From Pelomyxa schiedti (taxonomy: Eukaryota; Protista; Evosea): a DNA stretch of 32,863 nt. The stretch lies in contig JAHLWZ010000988.1 of NCBI GenBank assembly GCA_020536535.1, positions 1 through 32,863 on the forward strand, written 5' to 3'. Position 1 is the stretch's first letter. Every line of letters begins with the position of its first letter. Position numbers and translations under genes: made by a program. The notes beneath the pieces were generated by a model. The model saw only the letters and a program-made list of their open reading frames with translations, made no database searches and was not told the origin of the DNA. Positions 1 through 10,747 of this stretch are shown here, piece by piece.

Positions 1-1
1 T

Positions 2-108
2 AGGGGCGAAGGTTTCCAGAGGGAAGTGACAGCAAAAACCTTCGCCCCTTGGGTTTTTGGGCGAAGACTTCATAGAGGAAAACACTGACACCTTCGCCCC
101 TTCGCCCA
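2..108. repeat. Two adjacent inverted-repeat (hairpin) units sharing a GGGCGAAG/CTTCGCCC core
   Basis: Perfect 14-bp inverted repeat AGGGGCGAAGGTTT (2-15) / AAACCTTCGCCCCT (36-49) with a 20-nt loop. Second unit TGGGCGAAG (58-66) pairs with CTTCGCCCA (100-108), with an extra CTTCGCCC at 92-99. Confidence 0.8.
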
Positions 109-339
109 TGATCCAGTTATGTTACTGTTCGAATGGACACCCTGGGACCATACTCTGCTGCAGAATCCAGCACACGCACTTCCTTGGAGTTCAGTACCTA
201 CCACAACACCAGATGCCTGCGTTTGTTCTTGTGTTCTCAAAATTTACATGAAAAAAAAACCAAACAAATCCCAGGGAGGCGCCACAAATGCAAGATCTCA
301 TAAAGGACCGCCAACACAACAAGTCGTTAAACCAAGGAG

Positions 340-1935
340 ATGTTGCCCCCTCCCCGTATACTTGTGTCGCAACGACAGCAACAACCTCCGCAAAAAACGC
401 ACTCCACCGCGGTGCCTCACAACTCTGAGAGATTGGTGATCAGGATGATGGAACCGGCACCTCGCTCGCAAGTGCCAAGCATGCCGCTACTGGGATCTCA
501 TTCACAAGTTGAACCCATGTCTATGTCGCTTCTGCCGAGTCCTGTACCGCACTGTCCGCAGTGTGGTATTGTGAACGCAGAGGCGGAGAAATACAAGAGG
601 GAGGCAGAGCACGCGAGGTCAAATTTTGAGGCTGTTAAGATCTGCTGGGCCGAGGATGCAAAGAGAATGCAAGCTAATATAGAGAAGCAAAAACAAGCAT
701 TTGACAAGCAGAAGGCAGCTTTTCATCAAGTAGGTTCCTCACTGCGAACTCTGGAGGTGGCATTGCTCAATAGTACAACCCTAAGTCGTTCCGCCCTATC
801 GACAGTTATGAGCCAAATTCCGTTGAAAGAAAGCACAGTTCCCTCAAAAGAAAGCACAATTCCGTCGAAAGAAAGCCCAATTCCATCGAAAGAAAGCCCA
901 ATTCCATCGAAAGAAGCCCCAATTCCGTCGAAAGAAAGCTCAATTGTGCCTGACGAAGGCGTTGCTGGTCCCGATCAGTCGCCTGATCAGCCGTCCCCAA
1001 AGAAGCGAAGGGTATATTTTCATTCACCTTTCTTTCCCCCAATACTCCATTTCTCTCAAGTACTAACTCCGCAAAACAGACATCAGTTGTTGTACGCTTT
1101 CCCTCGAATGCTGCGTTGCCTAGTGACAAATTTATGATAAGTGACATGTCTGCCCAGCGTTCATTATTACTTCTGGGTGCAGTACAGAGCATTGTTCTCC
1201 AGCACACTATCACCCCATCACCTAATCCTGGTATTCCTCACTTCCCCTCATTGAACAGTTCTGGTAACTATTCTTTAGCGGTTGGAATTTTCTCCCTTCC
1301 ACTGAACGTTTTGATGCGCATCTGCAGTTTTATTCCAGTGTTTCGAAGGAGCCTGTGGTGTTGTGTTTGCCAGAGGTTCAATTCTGTTATGAAAGCAGGT
1401 GTGCACCTTCTGTTTTTCCGGTGAATGCACTAACACTAACAACAAAAAACCAAAAATCTCAGCCACCCCATTGCTAGATTCATCCAAACTCGCTCCGAAC
1501 ACTTATCTGTTGACTCTCGTTAGCATGCCACCTGACTGTTATTCGCACGCAGGCTGCCTAATCTCCTTGGGTACCCAAAGAGTACTTGGACTTCAAGTCA
1601 GTTGTGGAAAGAAATCAGTTCAGCTCTGGGCAAAGATAAAGCGTCGAGATGGGGGCCTGTCTTCCCGTTCTGATCTGACAAGTTTTGAGGTGTGTGCAGT
1701 GCCCACTTTTCTTTCGTTTGTTAATTCAATCCCACAATAGGTTGTCTCTTCCTTGACACCCAAGCCCCAAAACAGACAAGTCTACTGCTCTGACTGCTGG
1801 GTTTGCATTCACACTCAGAACCGTCCCCCATACAGCAGCTACTTGTGGTTCCAACTCCGCGTTGCACCAGTTCCTCAGCCTCCCCCAAGTCCCTCTCCAC
1901 AGAAACCCGGCAACAAACCCGGCAAAAAATCCTGA
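340..1935 (+). CDS. Multi-exon protein: coiled coil, 7-aa repeats, basic PKKRR motif, internal F-box-like motif
   Basis: Exon 1 runs 340-1011, GT-AG intron 1012-1079, then stays in frame with ORF 1116-1424. F-box-like IFSLPLNVLMRICSFIPVFRRSLWCCVCQRFNSVMK at ~1287-1398. Further introns join ORF 1399-1740 and a last exon 1741-1935 (TGA). The start codon could be a downstream ATG. Confidence 0.7.
814..948 (+). repeat. Coding 21-bp tandem repeat, 6 units plus a partial unit (peptide ~PIPSKES)
   Basis: Units such as CCAATTCCATCGAAAGAAAGC at a 21-bp period from 814 to 939; translated as KESTVP/SKESTIP/SKESPIP/SKESPIP/SKEAPIP/SKESSIV. Confidence 0.95.
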
Positions 1936-2039
1936 TGAAGTCTTCACTTAAGTTGAGCCAAAACAATTAATTGGAGTCTTATCCGTCTTGTTTGGTTTTT
2001 TGGAGGAAGATGTTGTAGTAGTTTAATTTGGTGTGGAGC

Positions 2040-5000
2040 TCAGTCACTGGGGAAGGGATTGACGGGGAACATGTGGTAGCCTGCTGAGTCTGTGAGTTTT
2101 TTGCATGAAACCCAGAACTTGTCGAGGAGTTGCTGGCCGAGCACATGCCCGCCAAAGTTGTACAGGAACCCATTGGAGAACAACTTGAGAAGCTCCTCTA
2201 GAGTGAGCTTGCAGTCCTCGATGATATTTTCGAGTACGTCGATGCGGCCCAGTGGAGAGAACTTGCCCCTGGTTTTTGTTTGTAAGTAAGTTGCTGGCGT
2301 TTGGTATTGGGTGGATATGTTCAACCTGAAGGAACAAATGGTAATTGGCAAATCGTTGTCGATGAAAAGTCTCACAGGGCTGCCAGCAAATGTTGCGTTT
2401 TTAGTGTGTTCCCTGAACTTATGTGAGAGACTCAGCTCTACAGCAATTCCTTGCGTAGCTGCATAAAACATAAGTAACTTGCCGACTCGCAATTGGAAAT
2501 ATGGATACCCAAGAAATTCATCAACCGCGGGAATGTGTGAACGTGATATGCACCACTGAGACGGGAGGCACCACCTTCGCGAATGGCCTGAAGAATAGTC
2601 CCCACACTGAACACAATTAAAGAAAGAAATCTTATTACTGCAAATTACCCCTGCAACCCAGCTACCATGGAAACGTTCATGTTCTCTGCTTTTAGAAACT
2701 CGAACGTACTCATGAAGTATTTGAATGATGATTCCGGAATCGGCTCTGGTATCGGTGAGGGGGCGAAATAAGGTTGAACGATCTCACCATCTCCATAACA
2801 TCCAAAACCAACAACAAGAGATTCTCTGTACTTCCGCTGCCGCACCGCCAGTTCCGCCAGAGATTTAAAAATAATTGGGTCATCGTTTACAGTGTTTACA
2901 TATATAACTATTCCAATCTGCATTTAAGTGAGACGGTTTTGGGGGGAACATATGAATGTATACATGAATTGGATGAAGTGTCATCAAGTATCTGCATCTT
3001 GTATTGACAATTGTCATTACTTGCTCAGGTGTTAGTCCCTGTTCTGTGTGGCACAGTGGACGAATAACAAGTTCCATGTCTACATAAAGATGAGAATTGT
3101 CCAAGAGTTTTCTTTGACCTACAAATAACCCCGTCATTGATTGCTTGGGCAACAACATCATCGAGAGCCCGCTCAATTTGCTCAGGTTTTTGAAGAACAC
3201 TCTAATAGAGATTAAGGCACAAAGAGAAAGCTTGACTTACTCGTGTGATGGCCTTTGCAATCGAGGTACTGTTATGGATATCGCTCGTTGCGTCTGACAC
3301 TTCAGCGGTTGTGAGCAGAGTGGCAATTTCCTGTGTGGAAACCTAAGGAAAAGCGTACGGGGTAATAGTCACTAACCTCCTTAGTTGTAATAGCCTTTCC
3401 AGTAAGCGCTGCAAGATTGATACTAGCATCCTGGAGTTCCTTCCATAAAAGATCAATGGAGACGGAACCATCTACAAATTCATTGTGAAAAAAGAAAAAA
3501 GATTCATGGCACAGTATACCCAATCTGCAATGTAGGTCAGTCTTAGGAAGAAGTCGAAGTAGTTCGCGGCTTATATGCCTCTGTGGTAAACGCCATGACA
3601 TTGGTGGACTTTCAAAGAGTAAGGGGTTGCTGACAGAAGTCTTGTGATACGTACGGCATTGGCAATCCAGTCTCTCCGAAGTATACTCCGATACTCTTAT
3701 AATACGCTTCGCGAGCAAGTATACCAGACATGTCATAGCCTTCCTGAAATTTTTTTTTATTTACTAAATAGTGCACAAGTGGTTTGCCTCAGAGAGAATT
3801 CTAAGTGTGTCGTGGAAGCAATCTGTGCGGAGACGTCGTTTTTCTGTGCTGGTTAAAAATGCTGCACGGAATCCGTAGTCAAGGAGACGGACAATTTCTT
3901 CAACTGCAAAGTTGAACTTCTCGTGTAGAAGCATGTACTCGCCTAGTTCAATTAGATTACATAATAACCAAAGGAAAAACCAGTTAATGTGACGCCGCTC
4001 ACTGTAGTGTTATCTGGAAACAAAAGTAAGTTTAGAAAACCAGGGTTCTGGTTACCGGTGCAAGGAACAGTAAGTGCACCAGCATCGAAGAATTTGCGAA
4101 TTGGGTGATCTTCGATTCTTGCAATGGCTTTTGTATGGACATTACTTGTTGGGCAGCACTAAAAAGGTTACATATGTGATAAAGCATAGGTGAACAGAAG
4201 GGATACCTCAATGGCAATGGCGTGATCAATAACGTACTCCATAAGGGCTGGATTCTCAACAAGGCGTACTCCATGGCCAATGCGATTTGCACCGCAGTAC
4301 CTGATAGAGTCACAAATTGATTCCCAGCCAGCAGCTTCACCACTGTGAATTGTGCAGTGAATGCACTTGTTTCTAATGATTTCAAAGGCAGACTATTGCG
4401 TTCTTCATGTTAATGCAACTAAGAAAAGTGAATGTATACCTTGTGGATCTTGGAAGAAAAACCCAACTCGGGACCAGCAAGGTCAAACGCAACTACTCCT
4501 TTGTGTCTGTATCTCCTGTGTCTAATAAGGATACATAGGGAGAAAGAAACGAAAAACCATGCAATTTCGGCTATTTTGAAGCTTTCAGTGGCAGGAAGCT
4601 GTCGCATGGCACACACAATGATTTGAACTCTGAGTGGGAAACGATACTGTAGAGGGTAAGAAGTAGAAACAAATTGTAAGCCGAACCATTGCCATGGCTT
4701 GCCCTTCACAAACAGCCTCCATAACGCCACCTTGGCTCATGCCCTCCACCGTGTGGAGAATGGGTGAAAAACGAACCTCAAGATAACGGACTCCATCATT
4801 CCAAGCATCTTCACAGACCTGAATCTCGTTTAAATTTTTAATAACGCAAGGGTTATTAAATAACCTCATACATCGCTCTTGTTATTGCGTCTGTTTGAAC
4901 AGAGTTAGAAAGAAATCTTGAAATTGAGAGCTCATACAGGGCTTCTGAAGTACTTTGAGCGTGATATCGAACCCACGCAAGTACTGGACAAGGGAGGTAC

Positions 5001-5364
5001 AAGTTTCGTCAACGCAGACCAGACTTTTCAATTCAGCTTCGTCCGTCGTTGGTAGTTCGACGCCCTACGTAATGACTTAGTGGAATTGTAAAATTAGGTA
5101 GCAACTATCACTTAGACACCTGTTCCTTTGCGAGTTCAATAATCGTAGCAGGTCTAATGCTTCCATCTTTACAAAGATTACATTGTGCAGAAAGAAAGGG
5201 GAAAAAAAAAAACTCCACATTTCAAAAAACAAATAATAATGAACAAGCAAAAACAAACCAAGGTGGCGATGAAGCTCGGCCTTCGGCAGTCGCCTCAATA
5301 TGGCCTCAGTGAACTTTGTTTTCTTCACAGATGACGATGGTGTGGTACTTGTTGTTGTAGCCAT
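2040..5364 (-). CDS. ada: Adenosine deaminase with two tandem ADA domains (N-terminal intact, C-terminal degenerate); many introns
   Basis: Spliced domain 1: LPKAELHRHLDGSIRPATIIELA, YLEVRFSP, GVVAFDLAGPE, TIHSGEAAG, ANRIGHGVRL, IECCPTSN, PCTDN. Domain 2: LPKTDLHCRLDGSV, VLQKPEQIERAL, MELVIRP, VVGFGCYGDGE, SMVAGLQG, ASRLSGA, ICSFR. ATG at 5364, TGA at 2040-2042. Confidence 0.93.
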
Positions 5365-5794
5365 AGATCCACGTGTCTCCTTGGGTATATTTTTTTTATT
5401 TTTTTTTGTTTGAAGGTTGCTTCTTTTTTTATGGGTTTTGTAGTTCTTCGACTATTTTTCGTGGTCTCATTACCGGTCACATCCTGCGGTTCCGGAAAAA
5501 ACTTTCGAACCTCAACTTTGATGCACTTCAGGTCGGTCTGACTGCCAAAACACCATTGTGGGCGATGCCATTCCTCCCCATTCACTCCTTCGCGAGATTG
5601 TGCGGAGGAAACACTCCGTCTCTCGAAGATTCTTGATCGATCAGAGATCCAAACGTCAACCCTCCGACGACGTTCACCCTAACAAATAAAGATAAAGCTA
5701 AACAAAAAGGGAAAAATAAACCAAGTCAAACCACACAACAAAAAAAAAAAGCCAGTGAATAACTGCACCCACCAACCTCCAACTCCCCTCAAAG
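5365..5794. promoter_or_regulatory. Divergent (probably bidirectional) promoter region between ada and the kinase gene
   Basis: 430 bp between head-to-head ATGs (5364 on -, 5795 on +), containing poly(dA:dT) tracts. The function is inferred from position only. Confidence 0.5.
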
Positions 5795-8700
5795 ATGAAC
5801 ACGGTCCCCCCTGCTGCATCCTGGGGGCCCGCTCCTCCTCCCCCATCCAGGCCCCCTCCCTCCCTGCTCCTCCGCATGTCCGCCCCAATCCTCGCCGTCC
5901 CCTCTGCCTCTTCCTACTCGTACTCCTCCTCCTCCTCGCTGTCCTCCTCGCCTCACTCCCCGTCTACCTCACCGCCGTCTCCCACGTCGATCTCGCCTCG
6001 CTCCCCCCGTGTCCCGCCGTCCATGCCCGCGCCCAGTCCCACGCCCACGCCCACGCCCACGCCCGCGTCGATGCCCTGCCCGTCGCGGCCCCCGCCGCAG
6101 CACCCGACCGGCGGTGCCAACCCGACACCGCCTGGTGGGGCTGCCGCGTCCGTTTCTGCGCCGACACAGACCTGCAGCTCCAATTATGGGACGGCGTCAG
6201 CTACGGCCAGTTCGGCGACGACGAGCGGCAGCTACAGCTCGTTGATGACCCCTCCCACAATCACGCTGCGCACCTCCCCGCCCAGTCCCACTGCCCCTCG
6301 TCACAACGCCAACACGCTGAGGTCATTCGACTGTGGCCTCATGATGATGCCTCCCCCTCCCAGCACCCCTGCGCCGTCACCATCGCAGTCTGATATCGGC
6401 GATTCCGGTCAGATACAGATGCAGACCCCGTCGTCGCCGGCGCCGACTCCGCCATTGATGCCACTTGTGCCTGCTGCTTCCAATTCGGGTTCGAATTCCG
6501 GCCCTGGTGTGGAATCTGTTCTGAGTGCTCAATCTTTGTGTGTGCCGATTCCACCCAGCAGCACTGGCAGTGTGGAGGCCCATGAAAATGTGGGTGGTCT
6601 TAGTACTAGTCCTCGCATGGAGAACCACAGGGAATGTACCCTAAGACCGCCTTCTCCAGCCCCCATTACACCTCTCCCAACTCCACCTGCAACTCCCCCA
6701 CCAAACACTCCCACAACGCCCGCTCCACCTGCCACACCTGCACCGCCTATGTCCCTCTCACCATCTCCTCCAAATTCCGCACCCCACCCACGACCCTCGA
6801 GCGCCTGGACCCCCTCAACCACCCCACTTTCTCCAAGCCCACCATCGACACCTGCTCCAGAAAATCCGTTGACACCATCCCCACCATCAACCTCTCACAA
6901 CTCTCATGCCACCCGTGTAGCTAATTTTGATAGTGCTCTCTTTGATACTTCTGCTTCTTCCTGCGTAATAAGCTGTGCCATATCTGGCACACAACAGCCT
7001 GAACCTCAACAACCTCCAAGTCAGAAACCTAGTACTTTATTAGCTAATTCTCGAGTCAGTCCTCCCCTCAAATCCCAGTCCAACTGCTGCACAACCACCT
7101 CCTTTACGTGGGCCAACTGGTCGCCCTCAATTTAACAAAAATTTCAAGTCGATGAGCACTGCTGACTTGAGAATTAACCGTCATCCAAACCTCCCCTCCC
7201 ATACTGCAAGTGTGGTTCCTCTAAAGCCTTCTGCGCCTTCAGCAGCAGAAATACTGGTTAGTAAAGCAAAGAATTAATACTTGAATCTAATACCAATAAT
7301 ACTCCACCAGCGGCAGGCAGAGCAGAGTGAAATGCGTACTCTTGTGTGTACCCAAAAACTTGAGTAATACTAACCCTGTAAACAGGTTAAAAACAGGGCA
7401 CAGCTAGAAGCTCTTGTACAGCAAGCAATTGATGGAACTCTGACAGTGCACCAAGAGCTCCCACCAGAAACACTGACAATGGGCCCCGTTGTTGGTAGAG
7501 GTGCAAGCGGGACTGTATTCAAGTATCTTCTTCGCATGTGGAAATATTTCTTCTAATTATATAAGGGGAGAGTATAAAGGCAACCAAGTAGCAATCAAAA
7601 AGTATGGTGAAGAAAACCCGTGCTGGGATCTTAAAGAGTTTAGGAGAGAAGTAGCCATTATGAGGTATCTCTTCCCAAGTTGAAAGAAATTTGTCATTTC
7701 CTTAGTCTACTGGAACACGAAAATCTGATTAAATGCGTTGGTGCCTCAACAAAAGACCTCAATCATCTATACCTTGTAACTGAGCTTTTGCCCCAGAGGT
7801 ATGATTGTTTTGAGGTACAGTCAAAGACTCACTTTAAATAAGTTTGACTGCTGTTCTAAAAAAAGGTCCAATCCAGGTCCTAAGTTTTTTTGTTATGACA
7901 ACCTTCAGAGCCTTTGCCAACATTGATCCAAGTACAACTTGCCCTTGGAATTGCACGGGGTATGGAATACCTGCATTCTTTAGAAATCATTCATCGAGAT
8001 CTTAAGAGGTTCTTCTTACTCCCAACATACTTCAAACAGTATCTTATTCTTTACTAGTCAAAATGTCCTGGTTTGGCCCCTAGTATTTTCTAAAGCGTTT
8101 TCATATTATACAGCTCACTCAAGACTTGGGCGTACGAATTATTGGTTTGCTCTCCTAAGGTTTTCGTCTTCTAAGACACTTCAGACTTTGGAACCTGCAG
8201 AGTTATCAACAGAGACAAGAATATGTCACTGAATATTGGCACAGGTACTGTTGGCCTCCCTTTTTTACACAAAGGGCAAAAAAAAAATTAAGTAATCATC
8301 TGTAAATGAAAATAGCTTGTTATATGGCGCCGGAGTTGTTCAAGAATTCACCTTATACTGAAAATGTGGATGTATATTCTTTTGGGATCTGTACGTATGT
8401 GTGGAAAGGAGTTTCATTAACAAATAACAGTGCTTTGGGAAATCATGACCCAGAAGGAACCTTTTTCAGATTTACCAAATTATAGTATTCCAGGCACGCA
8501 CCTGTATTTTAATGATCTTCTATACCACTTCTCATTGATATCTCAATTCAGTTGCTGTTACACAGGGTACACGACCACCTCTTCCTGCCAACCTTCAACC
8601 TGAAATTCGCAACATCATTGAGTACGATAATTCTTGGAAATTTTACCCTCAAATGATCCAGACTCTGCTGGAATGGAGATCCCACACGGAGGCCAACTTT

Positions 8701-10405
8701 TACCGCCATTGCCCAGATGCTCTCCGACCATACCAGGGTGTCGGCACCTGTACTCGTAATGTCCCTCTCATTGATTTCATAATACCTAAAAAAAAATACT
8801 AAGAAACCATCCTTGAGCCATCAAGTAGCTGATTTATTGAGTACAACGACATCGAGTACAGGTTACTCACTCATATTTTCTTCTCAAAATCTTATTGTAA
8901 CGTGGGTAGGAAGCCTTCTGTTCATTGCCAAAGGAACAGGAATAACAGCTTATGATCTGACTGGATCAGCTGAATCTCCTGTTAATGAAATCTGGCAAAT
9001 TCATTTGACGAGAAAGGTTCCTCTTAATCCATTTCCTAAACTAACTTGTTTTATCAGGGAGTTTTGAAGAATCTCTTAACTAAATCTGTTACCTCTATGT
9101 TTTTTGACATAGAAAGCACTGTTTTGTATGCTGTTGAGGCGGGTGTATTATATGCTATCAAAAGTGACTCCGGAACACTTATATGGCAAGTCCAACATCC
9201 AGAGCAGTCATCACAAATATGGTCACTTAAGTCTCATAATGGGTATCACTCACGACCTTCAATAATTCGTTTTATAAAAAAAAAAACAACCTCAGAGTTC
9301 TGATTCTAGGAGGTAATAAGTGCGTTTTATGTGTAAACAAGACGAATGGAAGCAAAAATTGGGCAACACAACTTCCAACAAAAGCCACTTTCACTGCTTG
9401 TGTGCACTTGTGCATTGTTTCCAATACCATATATGCGTCTGGTTTAGGACATCTTTTCTTGATTGATGCTTCTACTGGAGTGATTAAGGTAAACTGTTCT
9501 GTCTAAGTTTTCCCACTGACGCAATAAAAAGGCTTCAGTATCTTTGGAACTGAAACTTTCTCTTTCAGTGTGCTGTTCACCTCATCCACAAAACCCTAAT
9601 CTTATTACAACCACCACCGTTGGGTATACACTCCAAAATGAAAGGAAAAACTTACACCCCCTAGTCGTGTCTGTTGCATGCAGCTAATAGACGACAACCT
9701 GAAAATTACTGCTACCAAAAATTTCAAGTCCTTGGGTTCTATAACCGTACTGCCACATCCTTCCGATGGGGATATAGTATTGATAGGATTTACCGTTGTT
9801 GGCGCTAAGGTCACTTGACACCCTTCTAATTTTGCACCTTTAATCTCCCACAGGTGAAGGCAATCAATAGAAAATCTTTAGATACAGTATGGACCAAGGA
9901 AGTATCATCAACTATTTCATCTTTAGTTGCTCTCGCAACATGCCCGAGAATACCAGGCTCACTTTTTGTTGCCACCAATGGTCACATTTTTTGTCTTGAC
10001 CTTAAAACGGGTTTCCAAATTCCAACCTTGGGAAAGCCACCAACATCGCACAGGAGACGAGAAAGGAAGATTGAGTCTTCCCGACTGCGGCTATTCCAAT
10101 GTTGTCCTTTTACCATTAGGCACAGTGATGCCTCTAATGATGGCCGGGTTCCTATTCCCTTCCTTCAACCTATCAATCAAATTAATCCTTCCCCTATCTC
10201 GAAATGTGTCTATCTAACTCTAATTCATTGCAGGTCGGTTGGGCACTGGTACCTGATCAACGCAACCGATTTGACTCTACTTCACAAGAGCGGGGATAGT
10301 GCCCTCAGCAGCCTCGGCGGGGCACTAGTTACAGGTGCATCCCTATCATCATCAATGGATGAGCACACCAATGGCCACCTCATAGACCACGTTGTGGTTG
10401 GGTAA
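5795..10405 (+). CDS. Tyrosine-kinase-like (TKL) protein kinase with Pro/Ser/Thr-rich N-terminus and C-terminal PQQ-like beta-propeller
   Basis: Spliced kinase motifs GRGASGTVFK, VAIKKY, EFRREVAIM, ARGMEYLH, HRDLKSQNVLL, IIDFG, YMAPE, DVYSFGI, CWNGDPTRRPTF (~7480-8710). Downstream repeats of the A-x-D-x-x-T/S-G-x-x-x-W type (LYAIKSDSGTLIW, CVNKTNGSKNW, LIDASTG, CLDLKTG). Stop TAA ends at 10405. Confidence 0.88.
6038..6067 (+). repeat. (CCCACG)4 hexamer microsatellite encoding Pro-Thr repeats
   Basis: cccacg x4 followed by cccgcg, inside the first exon of the kinase gene. Confidence 0.9.
8058..8070 (+). other. 13-nt microexon in the kinase catalytic loop
   Basis: ttactag|TCAAAATGTCCTG|gtttgg; required to give HRDLKS-QNVL-LTQDLGVRIIDFG. 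Confidence 0.8.
8494..8551 (+). other. Probable non-canonical GC-AG intron (58 nt)
   Basis: CCAG|gcacgc...aattcag|TTGCT gives PFSDLPNYSIPVAVTQGTRP, which has the normal kinase spacing. Of the nearby GT donors, 8504 frameshifts and 8485 deletes three residues. Confidence 0.6.
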
Positions 10406-10747
10406 TACCTGACCCAGCTCCAGAAATAGTAACCCATTCCAAATTCTACATTCCCAATCACATCCCCACCAACTGTTCAGAGTAACCCCTCATTCACTGC
10501 AGTGCCAAAAAAAAAAAAACACTGCTGTGCAACAAAGCCAACAAGTAACACCAGCTTGAGAAGCTTCGAAATTCTCAGGCCCTATAATTATCTTCAACTG
10601 TATTTTATTTTTTTTTTTGTTCTTTTCCTCCTTGGTGGTGCGTCCGCCCGTTTGCTCTTTTTTTTTCCCCCTTCTTTTCGTTTGATTTTTTTTTTTTTTT
10701 CCCTTTTCTTTTTTTCCTTTCCGTGAGACTCAGAGGTACATGTATGC

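Noticed and set aside
331-342. Shine-Dalgarno-like AAGGAG just before ATG 340
   Set aside because: The gene has spliceosomal introns, so this is a chance match.
2-948. CRISPR-like reading of the hairpin units or the 21-bp tandem repeat
   Set aside because: There are no unique spacers between constant repeats, the 21-bp repeat is contiguous and in-frame coding, no cas genes are present, and the context is eukaryotic.
1721-1966. Minus-strand ORF as a C-terminal extension of ada
   Set aside because: ada has a clean stop at 2040-2042; this ORF is antisense to the last exon of the F-box gene.
5755-6393. 212-aa overlapping ORF, plus other shadow ORFs such as 10853-11323, 12228-12935 and 20554-20979
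   Set aside because: These are alternative-frame or antisense by-products of GC-rich low-complexity coding sequence and carry no motifs.
10500-10730. Poly(A)/poly(T) tracts as terminators or ORFs (10502-10726, 10594-10953, 10605-11153)
   Set aside because: These are ordinary intergenic poly(dA:dT) runs in a eukaryote, and the Lys/Phe-rich ORFs are artefacts of them.
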